Assembly: GCA_003971905.1 (NCBI GenBank) | Contig: RSEE01000059.1 | Coordinates: forward strand, 248,001 to 312,000 | Length of the DNA stretch: 64,000 nt | DNA from: Moniliella sp. 'wahieum' | Lineage: Eukaryota | Reading direction: 5' to 3' | Shown: positions 11,587 through 24,818 of the stretch, piece by piece | Layout of the letters: each line of letters opens with the position of its first letter | How positions within the stretch are numbered: position 1 is the stretch's first letter | Made by a program: the position numbers and the translations under genes | The notes under the pieces: model-generated | Database searches by the model: none | What the model was told of the DNA's origin: nothing | What the model saw: the letters and a program-made list of their open reading frames with translations, nothing else

Positions 11587-13207
11587 CTACACGCCATAAT
11601 TATTATACACGCCAAGCGCGATCCTTCGCGGTGGCCAGCAAACGACTGTAAACCCGGATAGGAGAACAACAAGAGATACACCGCCAGCCATCATGGGGCT
11701 TTGGAAGCCGGTCGTTTCTGCATCATCGCCACACGCGATTTTTCGCGGCTTGGTCCGACTCGGGGCAATGTCGGAGGCGATGGATCGAACTTGGAAGGGG
11801 ACATGGGTTGGGCCGAACCAAGAAAGACGTTCAAGTCGGTAGCGTTCAACGGCTGGGGAGACTTGGATGGACGCGACTTGCGCGGAGAGATCGGGGGGAG
11901 GGGGGATAGGTCGCGCCTCGCGCTCCGCAAGGAGAGTGTGGAGCGCCACCTCGTCAGACCCAGGCTGGGAGGAGAGGGGTGGGTCCACTCTTGCCTCGAC
12001 CGAGGCTTTACGCCTGCGTGGGGTGCCGCGTGAGCTGCGGCCCACCGTGTTTGCCGATTCGTCGGGCTTGCGCATCTTGGTATTCAGCTTGGGCAGAGCA
12101 TAGTTTACACTTGAGCGCTGACGCAGAGACCGGCTCCTTCGCCCCCCGCCTCCGCCAGTGGGGAGGTTGGTTCCCTCTCTTCCTGTGGAGGGATTGACTC
12201 ATTCTCCTGTGGCCCAAAGGGCGGCGGATCTGACGGTGTGACGCGGGACTTGCGCCGCGGTTTGGGTACGGGCGTGCCTGGCCCAGTAGCTGTTGCCGGA
12301 GCGGGCTCAAGACCTCGGTCAGGCGACTGGTGCCGCTTCATTGTCCTTCGTGATGAGTCGGCCAGATTGTCAATTGAAGGGGGCGTCTTGCGTTTCATGG
12401 CACGAGAGCCTGAGAGAAACGTCAGTGCGGGCTTGTAGAAAGAGATTCAACACGTACCAGAGTCCGACGGCAACACGTCCTGGGCAGGTGGAGGCACCGG
12501 CTGGGGAGGCGAAGACATTGGCTGCATAGGTGGAGACAACAGGTGGGCGGGTGGAACAAGTGGCTGTACATCCTCGGCGAGTGGTTGTGCATCTTCGGCA
12601 GCCTCCTGTAGGTAGGAGAGAGACGAGAGCTCCACTTGGAATTCGAGCGAAGGATCCATATCGATCTCGGTTTCGGCATTTGAGGTTCTCGGCTCTTCCT
12701 CCGCCGTTAATGGAGTCTCGTTCCGCATTTCATGGGGGGAAGAGGCGACAGGCTCCTCGGGCGACTCGACCAAGGTACCTAGTTCCGGAGGGGAAATGAT
12801 ATTCTGCCGCACGCCGCCGGGAAGCGTACGACCAACAAGAGAAATGCGCGGCACAGTGTCCGCCTCTTCAGGCTCAGAGTCGGGGAGAGGGGGGTGGCGA
12901 GGGCATCGTTGATCGCCGCGCTGGCCCGCGCGGCCGCAAGAGCGCGGCGAGCCTGTTGCAGCTGGGCAAGGAGGCGTGTGTTCTGGATTTGAAGCTCAAT
13001 CAGCTGGGCATCGCGCTCCAGCACCTGCTTCTGAAGTTCCTCTCCCTGAACGATGTGGAAGGCATTGCTGGCGATCAGCTCGCGGTTTTGGGCAGTGTGC
13101 TTGCGCTTGAAGGCACTCAGGTCCGCCAACACGTTCTCGAGCGCAGCGGCTGCCATGGCCGCGTCTGATGCGCCGGGGCCCATGCTGCGGCGTGTGACGC
13201 GCATCAT
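11587..13207 (-). CDS. SGO1: Shugoshin; several apparent frameshifts, 3' end approximate
   Basis: N-terminal coiled coil FKRKHTAQNRELIASN...QIQNTRL. C-terminal basic SGO motif RQRSSVNYALPKLNTKMRKPD read directly at ~12060-12125. Confidence 0.85.
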
Positions 13208-14000
13208 AGCAACAGGACTGGCTGGGCACGGCAGCGAGGCGGGAGATGGCGGAGTGGGTTGGTCTGCGCAGCCAGATCGGGCCCTGGCGACCCGAATGTT
13301 GCTCTGCCTCGCTTCGGCCGCGCCGGGCACGTGACCTGCCACGCACGCGCGTGTTGTGGAAACTTTCGTTTGCTATGCGCCACGTGACAGGCACGTGATG
13401 CCAACCTCTTTGTTCAACTTGAACGTTGAGTTCAACGTTCACGCGTTCACGCGCCGTCAGATCTTCTCGGACGCTTGCCTCCCCAGCCTCCCCAGCCTCC
13501 CCTCGATCTGATCGGTGGACAGATCGACACACTCACACCAAACGCTCATCAACTGGTCGCAACAGTGTTTGCAAAGTGACCGTGGTCTGTTGGACAGCTC
13601 TCATCCAGTGTGCTGGGTTCCATTGTTCTTTGGATGTGTTGTTTCGTCCGGACTGGTGTTGCACTGTATAGTAGTGTGTGCGAACATGGCGATGTCTCAC
13701 TGAAGATGGGCTCTGTGGTGGGCTCCTACTGGTGGCCAACACTTCCTTCAAATCAGTTGTCTAGAGGAACACGTTGTCGTCCCTCCTGCTATAGAATGAT
13801 GATAAAGAGAACTAATGTGACGCCTCACTATGGGGTTGGCGCCTGTAGCCCAAGCGTGGAACCTTCCGGTTCATTCCCTCCAATATTCCTTCCTGGAGGG
13901 CAGGAATATTCTCTAGTCTCTGTAGCTCATCAGTGTGCAATACAATACACCATCACCTGCCTGCCCTCTGGTCTTCTACAACTAATTTACGGCTGTCACA

Positions 14001-14172
14001 TGTCACAGTCGAGGCTAAGGCGAGCGAAACCAGAGTCGAGATTAGGCTAAGGGATGTATTGGCAATCGTTCGCGGGAAAGAAGTAGACATGTGGTGCGAA
14101 GTGGAGGAACAGAGGAAAAGAGCGAGACGCTCGGGACGAAGACATTGGAAATGGGAGTGAGATCAACACTAT
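14001..14172 (+). mobile_element. LTR-like dispersed repeat, copy B (inverted relative to copy A)
   Basis: Begins TGTCACAGT and shares GAGGCTAAGGCGAGCGAAACCAGAGTCGAGA, AAGGGATGTAT, TGGTGCGAAG, AAAGAGCGAGACGCTCGG and AAATGGGAGTGAGA with copy A. Confidence 0.7.
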
Positions 14173-16459
14173 AGGACAGGATGATCATTTCCATCTATCT
14201 TCTTCGTCGCCCCGTGTTGGCTCCAAAAGTCCAACGCTGCATTCCTTTCGTCAAAACAAGAACAGAGGGACATGCGTCTTTTGGTGGAACACTTGTTCCA
14301 TCATGCATCAACCCCCACTCCATTTCTCTTGCGGGCGCAGTTGCGCGGCAATATGGTGCTTTTGTTGACCAGGGTCCTATGGGCCAGCCACCTCCGCGGC
14401 ACTCCTGACCATCTTACTCATCCGGGCACCACACCAGTATCCCTATCCCCTGGCCTAGTGCCGCTCTCCTTTCTTCTTCTCCCTTCTTCTGATCCTCGGT
14501 CTGGGTTCAACCCAGCTCCTGTCTTCTCGACGCCATTGCATAACTGCACTTAGGACGTCGCTGGGTAACCAGGATCATTTGCTTTCTCCAAAAGGGTTTT
14601 CAAACTTCCCTTTCCTCCGCAGGGCCAGCTCTCTCAGCTCACAGCAGAACGCAGCTCCGCCATTGCTCACTCGCATTGACATAGTTCACTCCAAGCTTCA
14701 ACGCCAAGCGCGACTTGAACGCAGAAGTTCAACGACGCTCATTTGCCTCTGTTGCGTCAGAAAAAAAAGGTCATGGGTTACATGGCTTGTGGAGGTCAAT
14801 CCTTCTGACGCCCCCATCCAGGCTGAATAGTGCAGGCTCAAGCACATACATGCTTGGCTAACATGTAACACGGAAGACCGTGGGCTGGATTCTGTTTAGT
14901 CATCTTCTCCACTTTCTTGCGACGCCCGGTGGGTAGCCCATTGCCCATCTCCCATGATGCATGATGCATGACATATTCATGACTTGCGTGCATGATGACG
15001 TTTTGCATGATGCAAACCCTGCCTAAGGCGTACAAGGTAGATGTGTGTTCAACTTTGAAACGGTCAACGTGCAACGTCCAACTTGAACGTTCAACCTTCA
15101 TGAGCACATGGCTCAGGGTGAGGCTGAGGCTGAGGCTGCGGTAAACGAGTAACCCGGTAACCATCGGTTTCAGTGACGTCATACGTCAGTATTCAATGGA
15201 GCAGATCAGATTCGGAAGTTTCCCCGGCTGCGCGCGGAGAGGGGAGGGACACAGCCCTAGTGTTCGTCGTGTTGCGACCGAGAGCAACGCGCTCTGTGGG
15301 GGGATGATTAAGTGATTGATCCTTTGGCGTGCCAGATTCGGCGACAGCATCGACATGTCCTGTACGCCCCCGGCAAAACGGTGGCGGGGATGTCGTGGAT
15401 GCTCGAAGGTCGACTGCTGCAGCGGTGATGATGGCATCGATGGGCAATGGTTAATGGGGGGGCTGGCAGGTGGCTAGCACAATTCAACGCTTCATGACTA
15501 AGAATGGGTGGTCGATGGTCGATGAGCGGAATGACCACTGGGCACTACGAAATGTGCAAGCCACACGAGGCATACGTCTCCACACTGAATACACAGGGCT
15601 GACGCTGCTGACGCGCTGGAGCTACTAGCGCCAGCCGGGCCCCAGGGCGGCAGGCCTGGCCGCACAGCACGCTGAGCCAGGGTGGGGTTAAACGTTAATC
15701 GAGTTCAGCGTTCGTTCACCCAACTTGAACGCTCAGATCCCAGACACTGGTGCCCACCCCTAGCCGCTCGGGGCTACGCGCAACCAGCAGCCAGCACTAA
15801 CTCAGTTTTACTAAACCCGTGAACGTTACTAAACGCGGCTGCTCCTCGGCGGCATGCGGCGAGCGTAGCGTTAACTCCTGTTCATGTTAGAACTCCCCCA
15901 CAGACCCCTCGATCAGCGATCACCGCAGACTGGTGGGGTGCCTGCATGCGGATGACGTAGCGCATCCGCCGCCCCAACAGTGTGCCCGCTGTCACGCATC
16001 GGTCACCGCTGCCCCCTGCTGGGTGCACCGGAGAACACGCAGGCGCGGCGCTGCTGGTTCTCCGCGCAGGCTCGCTGCCCCGCGGCGCGGCGGCTGCAAG
16101 CGGGAGGCAGGCTCGGCTGGGCACGGTCTGTGCTCGGCCGGGGAACAGCTGCGGTGCCTGGGCGCCCACACTGCCCCCGCGCCGCACCCCCCGCGTGCAC
16201 GGGGCAGCACAGGCGCGCAGGCATAAGAAGGGTTGACATGCGTGCGCTCAAAGCCGCCGGCACGGCGGGTGTCGCCGTGGTTGCGCAGCGCCCTGCCCGC
16301 TGGCTGCTCCAGTGCTCCCACCCGCCACGCGGTGCTGCTGACGCTGACGCAAGACAGTGCAGAAACCTTCCTGGGTGCATGTCCGCTCTATAAAAGCTCT
16401 CCGCTGCTTCCGTCGCCCTCCCGCCCCCGCCCCCCTACCCCCACCCCCTCTTCACCGCC

Positions 16460-17872
16460 ATGTCTCTCCAGCGCACCGCCTCTCTCCTCCGTGTTGCCCG
16501 CCAGAGCTCCGCCCCCGCGTTCGCCACTGGCGTCCGCTTCGCCTCCACCAAGACCATCCAGGAGGCCGTGGCCGAGGTGGTGCCCGAGAAGCAGGAGGCG
16601 CTCAAGCAGCTCAAGGCCAACTACGCCGACGCGACCCTGGGTGAGAGCAAGGTCAGCCACCTCCTCGGTGGCATGCGTGGCCTCAAGGCCATGCTCTGGG
16701 AGGGCTCTGTCCTCGACGCCGAGGAGGGCATCCGCTTCCACGGCCGCTCCATCCCCGACTGCGAGAAGGTCCTGCCCAATGCCAAGTCCATTGGTGCCGA
16801 CGGCAAGGAGATGCTTCCCGAGGCCATGTTCTGGCTCATTCTCACTGGCAAGGTTCCCACCCCGGAGGAGGCCAAGCAATTCTCCGAGCAGCTCGCTGCC
16901 CAGGGCAAGCTCCCCGCCTACGCCGAGAAGCTCATCGACTCTTTCCCCAAGTCGATGCACCCCATGACTCAATTTGCCGCTGCCGTTGCTTCGCTCAACC
17001 ACGACTCGGCCTTCGCCCAGGGCTACAAGCAGGGCATGAAGAAGACCGACTACTGGCAGCCCACCCTCGACGACGCGATTAACTTGGTTGCCAAGATCCC
17101 CACTGTCGCCGCCCGCATCTTCTACAACTGCTACGGCAAGGGCGACGCCAACCAGTCCATCGACCCTGCCAAGGACTGGTCGTTCAACTTTGCCAACATG
17201 ATCGGCTACGGTGCCGACAAGGAGTTTGTCGACTACCTCCGTCTCTACCTCTCCATCCACGCCGACCACGAGGGCGGCAACGTGTCGGCCCACACGACCC
17301 ACTTGGTCGGCTCGGCCCTGTCGGACCCCTACCTTGCCTACTCGGCTGGTCTGCTGGGTCTTGCTGGCCCGCTGCACGGTCTGGCCAACCAAGAGGTTCT
17401 TGGGTGGAACTTGGCCATGCAAAAGGCGGTGGGGGATGCGCCCACCAAGGAGCAGATCACCGACTACCTTTGGGCCACCCTCAAGGGCGGCCGTGTCGTG
17501 CCTGGGTACGGCCACGCTGTGCTCCGCAAGCCTGACCCTCGCTTCACTGCCCTGATCCGCTTTGCTTCCGAGTCGCCGCGTCTGTCCAAGGAGCCTATCG
17601 TCCAGCTCGTCCAGAAGGTCTTTGAGACGGCCCCTGCCATCCTCAAGGAGCACGGCAAGACCAAGAACCCCTACCCCAATGTTGACGCTGGCTCGGGCGC
17701 TGCGCTCTACACGTTTGGCCTGACTCAGTTTGAGTACTACACTGTGCTCTTTGGTGTGTCGCGTGCCCTCGGTGCGCTGCCCCAGCTAGTGTGGGACCGT
17801 GTTCTGGGCCTGCCCATTGAACGCCCCAAGTCGATGAGCATTGCCGCGCTCAACGAGCTGCTGAAGAAGTAA
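16460..17872 (+). CDS. Mitochondrial citrate synthase family protein, most similar to fungal 2-methylcitrate synthase; intronless, 470 aa
   Basis: Arg/Ser-rich presequence; DHEGGNVSAH, GLAGPLHGLANQEV, GYGHAVLRKPDPRF, NPYPNVD. McsA-like segments GIRFHG, MLPEAMFW, SMHPMTQ and EHGKTKNP. TATAAAA at ~16389. Confidence 0.93.
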   Translation: MSLQRTASLLRVARQSSAPAFATGVRFASTKTIQEAVAEVVPEKQEALKQLKANYADATLGESKVSHLLGGMRGLKAMLWEGSVLDAEEGIRFHGRSIPDCEKVLPNAKSIGADGKEMLPEAMFWLILTGKVPTPEEAKQFSEQLAAQGKLPAYAEKLIDSFPKSMHPMTQFAAAVASLNHDSAFAQGYKQGMKKTDYWQPTLDDAINLVAKIPTVAARIFYNCYGKGDANQSIDPAKDWSFNFANMIGYGADKEFVDYLRLYLSIHADHEGGNVSAHTTHLVGSALSDPYLAYSAGLLGLAGPLHGLANQEVLGWNLAMQKAVGDAPTKEQITDYLWATLKGGRVVPGYGHAVLRKPDPRFTALIRFASESPRLSKEPIVQLVQKVFETAPAILKEHGKTKNPYPNVDAGSGAALYTFGLTQFEYYTVLFGVSRALGALPQLVWDRVLGLPIERPKSMSIAALNELLKK

Positions 17873-19078
17873 AATGGTTGCTATGACCCCGGATCGGATG
17901 GGATCCCCCTTCCCCTTTTTTCTAATGGCCTCTCTGTCTCTACCCACATGGCTCCATCTTCCTCGCCGCCTGTGTTGCGCTAGTGTTAATGCGTTTCGCT
18001 CTTCCTCTCCCTGACGGGAGGCCTGTCTACACTGTATGACCTCTTTTATACCGTGCTTGAAGCGCCAGTCTTGGGCCTCTATCTGATAGCCTCGACGAAA
18101 GGAAGTAGACCCAATCAATGCTAAGACGAACTGCGAGTTTGAGCATGTAGTAACGTGTGGGGTACCGGTAGTAGTAGGCGAGAAGGGCCAAGTAGGGGAT
18201 GCATTGGGTCCATGCACAAAATGTTGGACCACACGTGATCGGTGACGGCGGGCCCCACATTTCCTCACTAGTGCTTCGTCGGGCATTCCCGGGCCCCGCC
18301 GGGCCTTGCTCTCGGTTATTGTCTTAGTACATACTTCGAACTCGCCGCTCTGCGAACGTTGCGCCCCCAATGAGCGCTGAGCCTGAGCGCTGAGCTGAGC
18401 GCCCTGAGCGCGCTGAGCGCCTTTTGCCAAAAGAGCCAAGGCCCTCAGCGCCTCAGCCCCGCTTGAATCAGGGTCAGACATGCGTCCCAACATCCCAACA
18501 CGGCAGACATATATTACCAGGATACCCCTGGTTCCATCTACCCCGATGCCTAATAGTAACCCAAATAGCAGGACCAGCCCCGCCCCGCGTTTCTATAACC
18601 TGCGCGGGACGCAGCAGCCGACAATTCACGACAGGAACGCTGCTCAGGCGCTCACACTTGGATGGAGAGTTCCGGTGTAGAGAAGGCGTGTCCCATATAT
18701 AGGCTCGTATAGTATACCATGTCTCGCACCCCAGTTCCAGGCTTTTTGGAAAGGAACCCACCAATGAAAAGAATGGCAATGGGAAGAGGAGAGCAGAAGG
18801 TCCGTAAACAGGGGTTGCTGTGGCAAGATCTATTAAGAGTATACCCATCATTACCATCTTGCCTGCATCATAATTTAACTCGGACAATAACATGACAACA
18901 AAAAGCCCGTGGCCTTTCGGTTAATCAAGTCTTGGCCCTTTTTAGCTCTCCCTCCCTCCCTTCCGTTATTGGCAGCCCCACCGCACGCTGGATGACAGAC
19001 AAGCCAAACCACCGCGGGTCTCCTTCGTATGTCACATGCCATATGTCATACACTTCTGTCACCATGAGCGCCTGAGCA

Positions 19079-21014
19079 CTAAAGAAGCTCCGCGCTGAGG
19101 GCAACAGCACTGAACTCCGACTCCCGAACGTGGAGGGAGAGCCGCGCAGCGGTAAGCACGATTTCACCATGTTCCCGTCGTTGCGGCTCTGACGCGTGAC
19201 CGCACACTGAAAATGGAGGTGGCGAGGTGCTAGGCCTATTAGACCTTATTAGGCCTTTTATGGCAGTATGCCCTGCGCTTTTGCTGAGCCTCACGGCTCG
19301 ACCGCTACCGCCCCCCAGACTTCCCCTGCGCCGTATCTGGGGTTGTCGCGCTCGTCTCTGCCACCTTCTTGGAAGGCGCGCTCGGCCCCGACAGGCGACG
19401 TACCGATTGACGTTCTCGCGCGGGCCCGGAGAGCAGGTCGCTGGTGCTAGCTGCTGAGCTGGACCGTGGACGGGCAAACGGGACGAGGTCCGGGGCCCAA
19501 GTGGTGGTACGCTTAATTGGACCCGGCGAAGGGGCGCTTTGGCGAGCATAGAGAGGGTGCCGTATGCAGTGTTGGCACCGTGGCCGGTCCCGCTGTTGAT
19601 GGGGTGTGGGCTGTGGGGCGACCTGCTCCTCCCCAAGGACGAGGCAGGGGAAGCCAGACCGTAAGTGCTGCGCTTGGGCGGGATCAACTTGTTGCGGCGA
19701 CGTTCGATGATGCCCCGTACCAAAGGCTGCCAGGAACCCTGGGGGGCACTGGTGGACTGGGTTCGGGTGACCTTGACCTTGTTGTGCACGTCGAGGTAGA
19801 CGTCAAATTCATCTACGATTTCCCTTCCGATCATCTCCTCAATTACATCTTCGAGTGTTACCACTCCCAGAGCACCACGGGGTTCGCCTGGGTACTCGGA
19901 AACGAGGAGCATGTGCGACCGACCTTGCTGAAAGTAATTGAGGCAGTCAAACAGGGTCAGTTCGGGGGGGCTTCGGGCAACCCAGCCAGCTGGAAGCGGG
20001 AGACTTGGTCCGCGTCCTCGGGATCGTAGGAGATCAGACTTTTGACCAACAACATCCCCAGCACCGCATCGGGCTTGCCGGGTTCGTGCACCGGAATGCG
20101 CGAGTAACCATGCCGCACCAACGTTGCTATCCCGGCCTCGTCCAGGACGGCATCAGACGGTAAGGTAAATACATCTTCGATTGGTGTCATAATATCCTTT
20201 AAGGTCTTCTCGTTCAAGTCCAACACGGCTCGAATGATGGCCACCTCGTCGTTCGTCAACGTCTCCTCACCCAACGCTTGGTGCAGCGATACGAACGTTT
20301 TCAGTTCGGCTTTGCGATAGACGGTGCCCTGCTCCTCGCCCAAGCACCAGTCGAGTAATTTGGCTGTCGGCCACGCAATTGGCGCCAGAATGATCATGAC
20401 AGCATGTACCATCGGAGCACAGTATGCGCCAATCGACAGCCCGTACCGTGCACGATGGCCTGTGGTACAATTTCCCCGAAAATGACAATGAGCAATGTGG
20501 AAGTTAAGACGGCGCTGAGACCACCGCCAAAGGCGGAGAGAAAAACGGGCAAGGTCTCGTTCACAATCACGTTGCCCAGCAGCAGGACAACAAGGACCCA
20601 GTGCCGGCCCTTCTCCAGCAGAGCAAGGACAACACGCGCTTCGCGCTGCTCCGACTCACTCCCACTCGTACTGAGTACTTGCAGATTAACCATATCCAGC
20701 CCCATCAGGCCCAGGGTTAGGCCAGCAAATACACCGCCTAGCAGGACAAGACCAGCAATGCTCAGTAGATTCAAGATCAGCCGGGCATTCGTTTCCTGGG
20801 AGGCAAACGTGGGTTCCCCCCCGCGAGGCTCGGGAGGACGAAGGGGGGCTTCCAAACCCCGGGAGGGGAGGGCAAGAGCAAGTAGGGGGTGGCCAGCGAG
20901 GGCGACGAAGGAGATAAGGGCATGGGCGAGGCGTGTGCGTGCGGGCGGGCCGAGTGTGCGACGGCGCTGAGAAACGGCGAGCACCGAAGGCGACCGCGAA
21001 GACAGCAGAGACAT
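19079..21014 (-). CDS. MAM3: CNNM (DUF21) + CBS-pair metal homeostasis protein, MAM3-like; apparent frameshifts ~20450 and ~19945
   Basis: [101 protein letters not shown]. Confidence 0.9.
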
Positions 21015-21628
21015 CCACGGTTCACCCACGGTTGGAGCGCACGGGTAAATACGTTGCGGGCAAAGTCGGCACAGAAGATGGAGGTGCAAAAAAGGGAGAA
21101 GGGCTGGGCCTTAGGCAGTGCTGTCCGTAGGCAGAGGGGTGTGACGCGGCTTGCCGGCTTGACTCGACGTGACGTTTAAGAAGCTGGCAGACAGCTGGGC
21201 CGAGGTTCATCCATTTCCTTATAGCTGCCGCCGGCGTCGCGATCGGAGCGCTCCTACAACGGCGTTCAACTGATGTACTGACGAGAAGATATGCCTTCCA
21301 ATGCCATTACTGATTGGCACTGGAAGATCCCGATGCCGATGATGATCAGCCTACTAGGTAATCCTCAGCCGCTCTGTGCAAATTTGCACTCAATGAGTAC
21401 TCAGTCTGGGTACTGAACTCAGTTACTCAGCTGTTTGTCCATGTCACTATCACTAGCCACTAGCCACTAGTCACTGGCGTCACATGTCACACATCACAAG
21501 TGACAATGCCACCTAGTCACCACTGAGTTCAGGACACTCTGAATACTCAGACTGAGTACCTTGGCGCCCTCGTCGCTGTGGCAGCTACAACTGGCAGCGT
21601 ACTCCTGCCCCCCAGAACCATGCCTGAA

Positions 21629-23762
21629 TCAAAGAAGCATCCCCTTAGTCTCCCCCCGCGCCTCGAGTTCAGCCCAGCGTGCATGCGCCTCCCTCAACCG
21701 GTGCTGGACGTGGGAACGCTCCAGCATGCGTGCCACCCAGTCCATCAGCCCATCATCGTCCTCCACGACAAAGTAAGACGACAGTGCACTGAGCAACGTC
21801 TCGAATCCACGCTTGGCTCGGGGCTGGCGGGGCGCGAGCAGCCGCGCTCTGCTGGGCATTCGTCCCATCGGAAGAGTATGTCCCACACCCCAGAGCAACG
21901 CCAAGCCCGTCAGTAAGAGCACATCGGGTCCCAGCAACAGGTATGCGTCCCAGATCCGCAGCTGCGTCGCAAAGGGTACGGCACCATTGAAGAGGGTGAT
22001 GTACCAGCGCGTCGCGTAGCTGCTCGGTGTAATTTCCGCCTCGTCCAACGCGGCAGCCAGGGAAGGGAGGTAGGCGCGTACGAGGGTTTGGTGCACAAAA
22101 AAGAGTTGCTGGAGTCCGGGAAAGCCAGATTGGAAGGTACTGTGGAGATTATAGTGGTCGTGCAAGCGCGTGAGCGCAGTGTAGGCAGCCAACGTCGAGG
22201 GCAGCTGGAGCAGAAAAGTGGCTGCGATCGGGCCCATTCCCTGGCAGTATCCGCACGAATCGGGACAGTGCAGACTCATTGCATGCAAGACTTGAAACAG
22301 CTGGACTTGACCCTTTCCATAGCGCGTGTAGAAGGTCCCATGACCATTCATTGTCCGCGGTACGTCCAAATCGATCTGCACGTCGTACCGACTCGGTACT
22401 GTTTGGGCGTGCACAAATTCTCGCTGAGCCTTTTCCTTCGTCTCACGCCCGACCGCGCCCGAGGCAGCACGACGATGGTGCTGATAATGGGTCCAATGTG
22501 TCTCCCCCCCCGACACCTGGGACTCCGCATCCGATCGCATCTTCATCCGGATCAGCAGGGGCCACACCACAGGGCGCCAAGAGTCGGGAACGCCTTTAAA
22601 CACTCGCCTCTTCACTGCCGCAGCAGAGATGACCGACTTGAATTCTACCTCGGCTTGTTGATCCGACACCTTGTGTCTCTGCGGGGGGTAGTGAGCATTT
22701 TTTGCCACTTGGCCGCTCGGGTGCGATCGCGCGCCAGGTGGGCCTTGTACAGCGCCTCTCTTCTTTGCAAAATGATCCGTGCCTCCTGCTGCGAGCGCGG
22801 CACCAGTTCCTCATTCGACATTGGGCTCGCCGACGCTACCAATTGCAACGAGGGGCGGGGGGAGTTGGCGCCTAATCTACCATCGGACCGGATCGCCTCG
22901 ATCCGAGGACGGTGCGGAAGCTTAAGGAACACCCGGCTGGGCAACGCCAAGACCCGACCCTGGCTCATCTTGGTCTCGGCGTCCGTCTCAAAGAAGCCGT
23001 ACCGGTCCACCGCTCGCTCTTCCTCAGACTCCCTTGACTGCGACGTGTCGGGAGACGGCGAGGGAGCTCGCCTCCGTTCGCGCGACGCGCGGGCCGAGCG
23101 ACCCGAGGGCAAATGCAGCAGAGAAGAGCCGGACGATGCAGAGGGATCCTCAGAAATCCTGGATGTATGCGACGACGACGGCGATTGGGAAGGGAGCAGG
23201 CCTTGCCCCGGTGCGGGGGGCGTGGATGCGGGTCTGGAGCTGCGGGGGGCACAAGGAGGGACGTGGCGGCTGCAGCAGCTTGGGCAGGCCCACTGGACTC
23301 GGCATTCAGGCCTTCGCCCATGGATGACGTTGCCGGGCGCTGGCGGCGCGTGGGCGGAGCCAGACCGTCGGCGCCGTCGGTGTCTGGCGGCGTAGGCTGG
23401 GCGATGTGCATGTCAGAGAGCGCGGCCTGGTTGGCCCGGCGCGTCTCGGCCCACGGCAGGGGACCAGCCTTGTGGCGTGTCATCTCCTCGCCGGCCACCC
23501 TGCCGTCGCCGGGAACGGGGTGGGAGGCAAAGTACGTGTAGGTGGCGCGGACCATGGCGCCCTCCTTGGCGCCGGGGGCGGACCAGTCGTTGGCGGAGCG
23601 CGGGAGCTGCTCCGAGGCGCGGGCCATGGCGGGGGGGCGGATGGGGACGGGGGCCGGCGGGCGGCCCAAGGCGAGGCGGCTGGACAGCGCGCGCGAGAGG
23701 GAGCGGGTGCGCGTCGGCGAGGGCGCAGCGCCCTTGCTTGCGGCAGGCGTGGTGGGGGCCAT
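21629..23762 (-). CDS. TBC-domain Rab GTPase-activating protein; apparent frameshifts in the N-terminal half
   Basis: VDRYGFF, RRVFKGVPDSWRPVVW, QIDLDVPRT (Arg finger), GYCQGM (Gln finger), YATRWYITLF, LRIWDAYL. Confidence 0.9.
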
Positions 23763-24818
23763 GCCGTGGGGGCGCTGCTGGCTGCCTGCGCTGCTGCGCT
23801 CCGGCCTCGCCCGCTGCGCCACCCATCGCCCCCGTGGGCCCAGCCGAAATCGGCTGAGGTAATCGCTCCCCATCACCGCACGGGGCCAGCCCCCGCCCCC
23901 CACCCGCCTGTGGGCTCACGACCTGAACCGTAGACGCCCGTCGCGCAGCAGCCCGACAGCCATGTGTCTGGCAGGAGGTAAGCTCGTGGTGCAGGGGAGC
24001 GCGAGCGCAGGAAACAAGGGAGTATGTTTGAAGAGCTGATATGCACTTTCGAGCCGCTCCACATGTCACAGCCGATCCTCTTCATCCCAAGGAGGCCCCC
24101 CCGGCTCCACCAAGCCCTGGCTGGAGACTATACCAGACTCCTGTAAACTATGGGCGATTCTGGGCCATCTTGTACCGCATGTTCACTGCAAGCTGGCATC
24201 ATGCGGCTGTAGGGCAATGAGACGGTGAGGATGCGCACGAGTGGGCTCCTGTGGTTTGGCCATTCGAGTAAGTTCCGGGGCCAGAACATCATGCTTTTAA
24301 GTGTCGGCTCTTTCCTGTGGCACATCTCCACATCTCAACAGTGTGCGTTTTGTCCCCGTATTCCAGCAGGAAGTTTGGCCCAAGACCGTTGGCGCAGTTC
24401 TATAAGTGCATCTTTTTCTGAGGATGCACTTGTGGCGAAACGGCTATTATGGGCACAGGGCGCACTAAGCGACATTTCAGACAGTGGCCAACAGGAATCA
24501 TCGGCTCCATCGCTTTCTGTGGGGTGAAAGACCCGGCAGCAGTGAGCAATGTCAATTGTCCCTTTCAAAGGCCTGTGGGGGGCTTTCAACATTTGCGAGG
24601 CGAGCTGTGTCGAGTGCTACGTAGCATTGAGGAGCGGCCTTGCCGATGCTAATCTTCCATCCATTGCCTGAACAGCGAGCTCATCTCACATGGACCAGCA
24701 CATCCATCTCTAGTTCCCCGCTCATTGACCATTTCCTCTTCCCTCCATCTATACTAGTGGATCTCTAAGACGGATTGGTCGACAATGTTTTCCGCAATGC
24801 ATAACGTTTTTGGTCCAC

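Noticed and set aside
16388..17653. 421-aa antisense ORF, and similar ones at 22088-23395 and 58948-59982
   Set aside because: Shadow ORFs caused by GC-rich codon bias of the real gene on the opposite strand.
18908..18932. Resemblance to the U2 snRNA 5' stem (GGCCTTTCGGTTAATCAAGT)
   Set aside because: Lacks the GTAGTA branch-pairing sequence and an Sm site.
24130..24780. Possible decayed coding or TE sequence (also ~18450-18900 and ~41550-42350)
   Set aside because: No recognisable motif could be supported.
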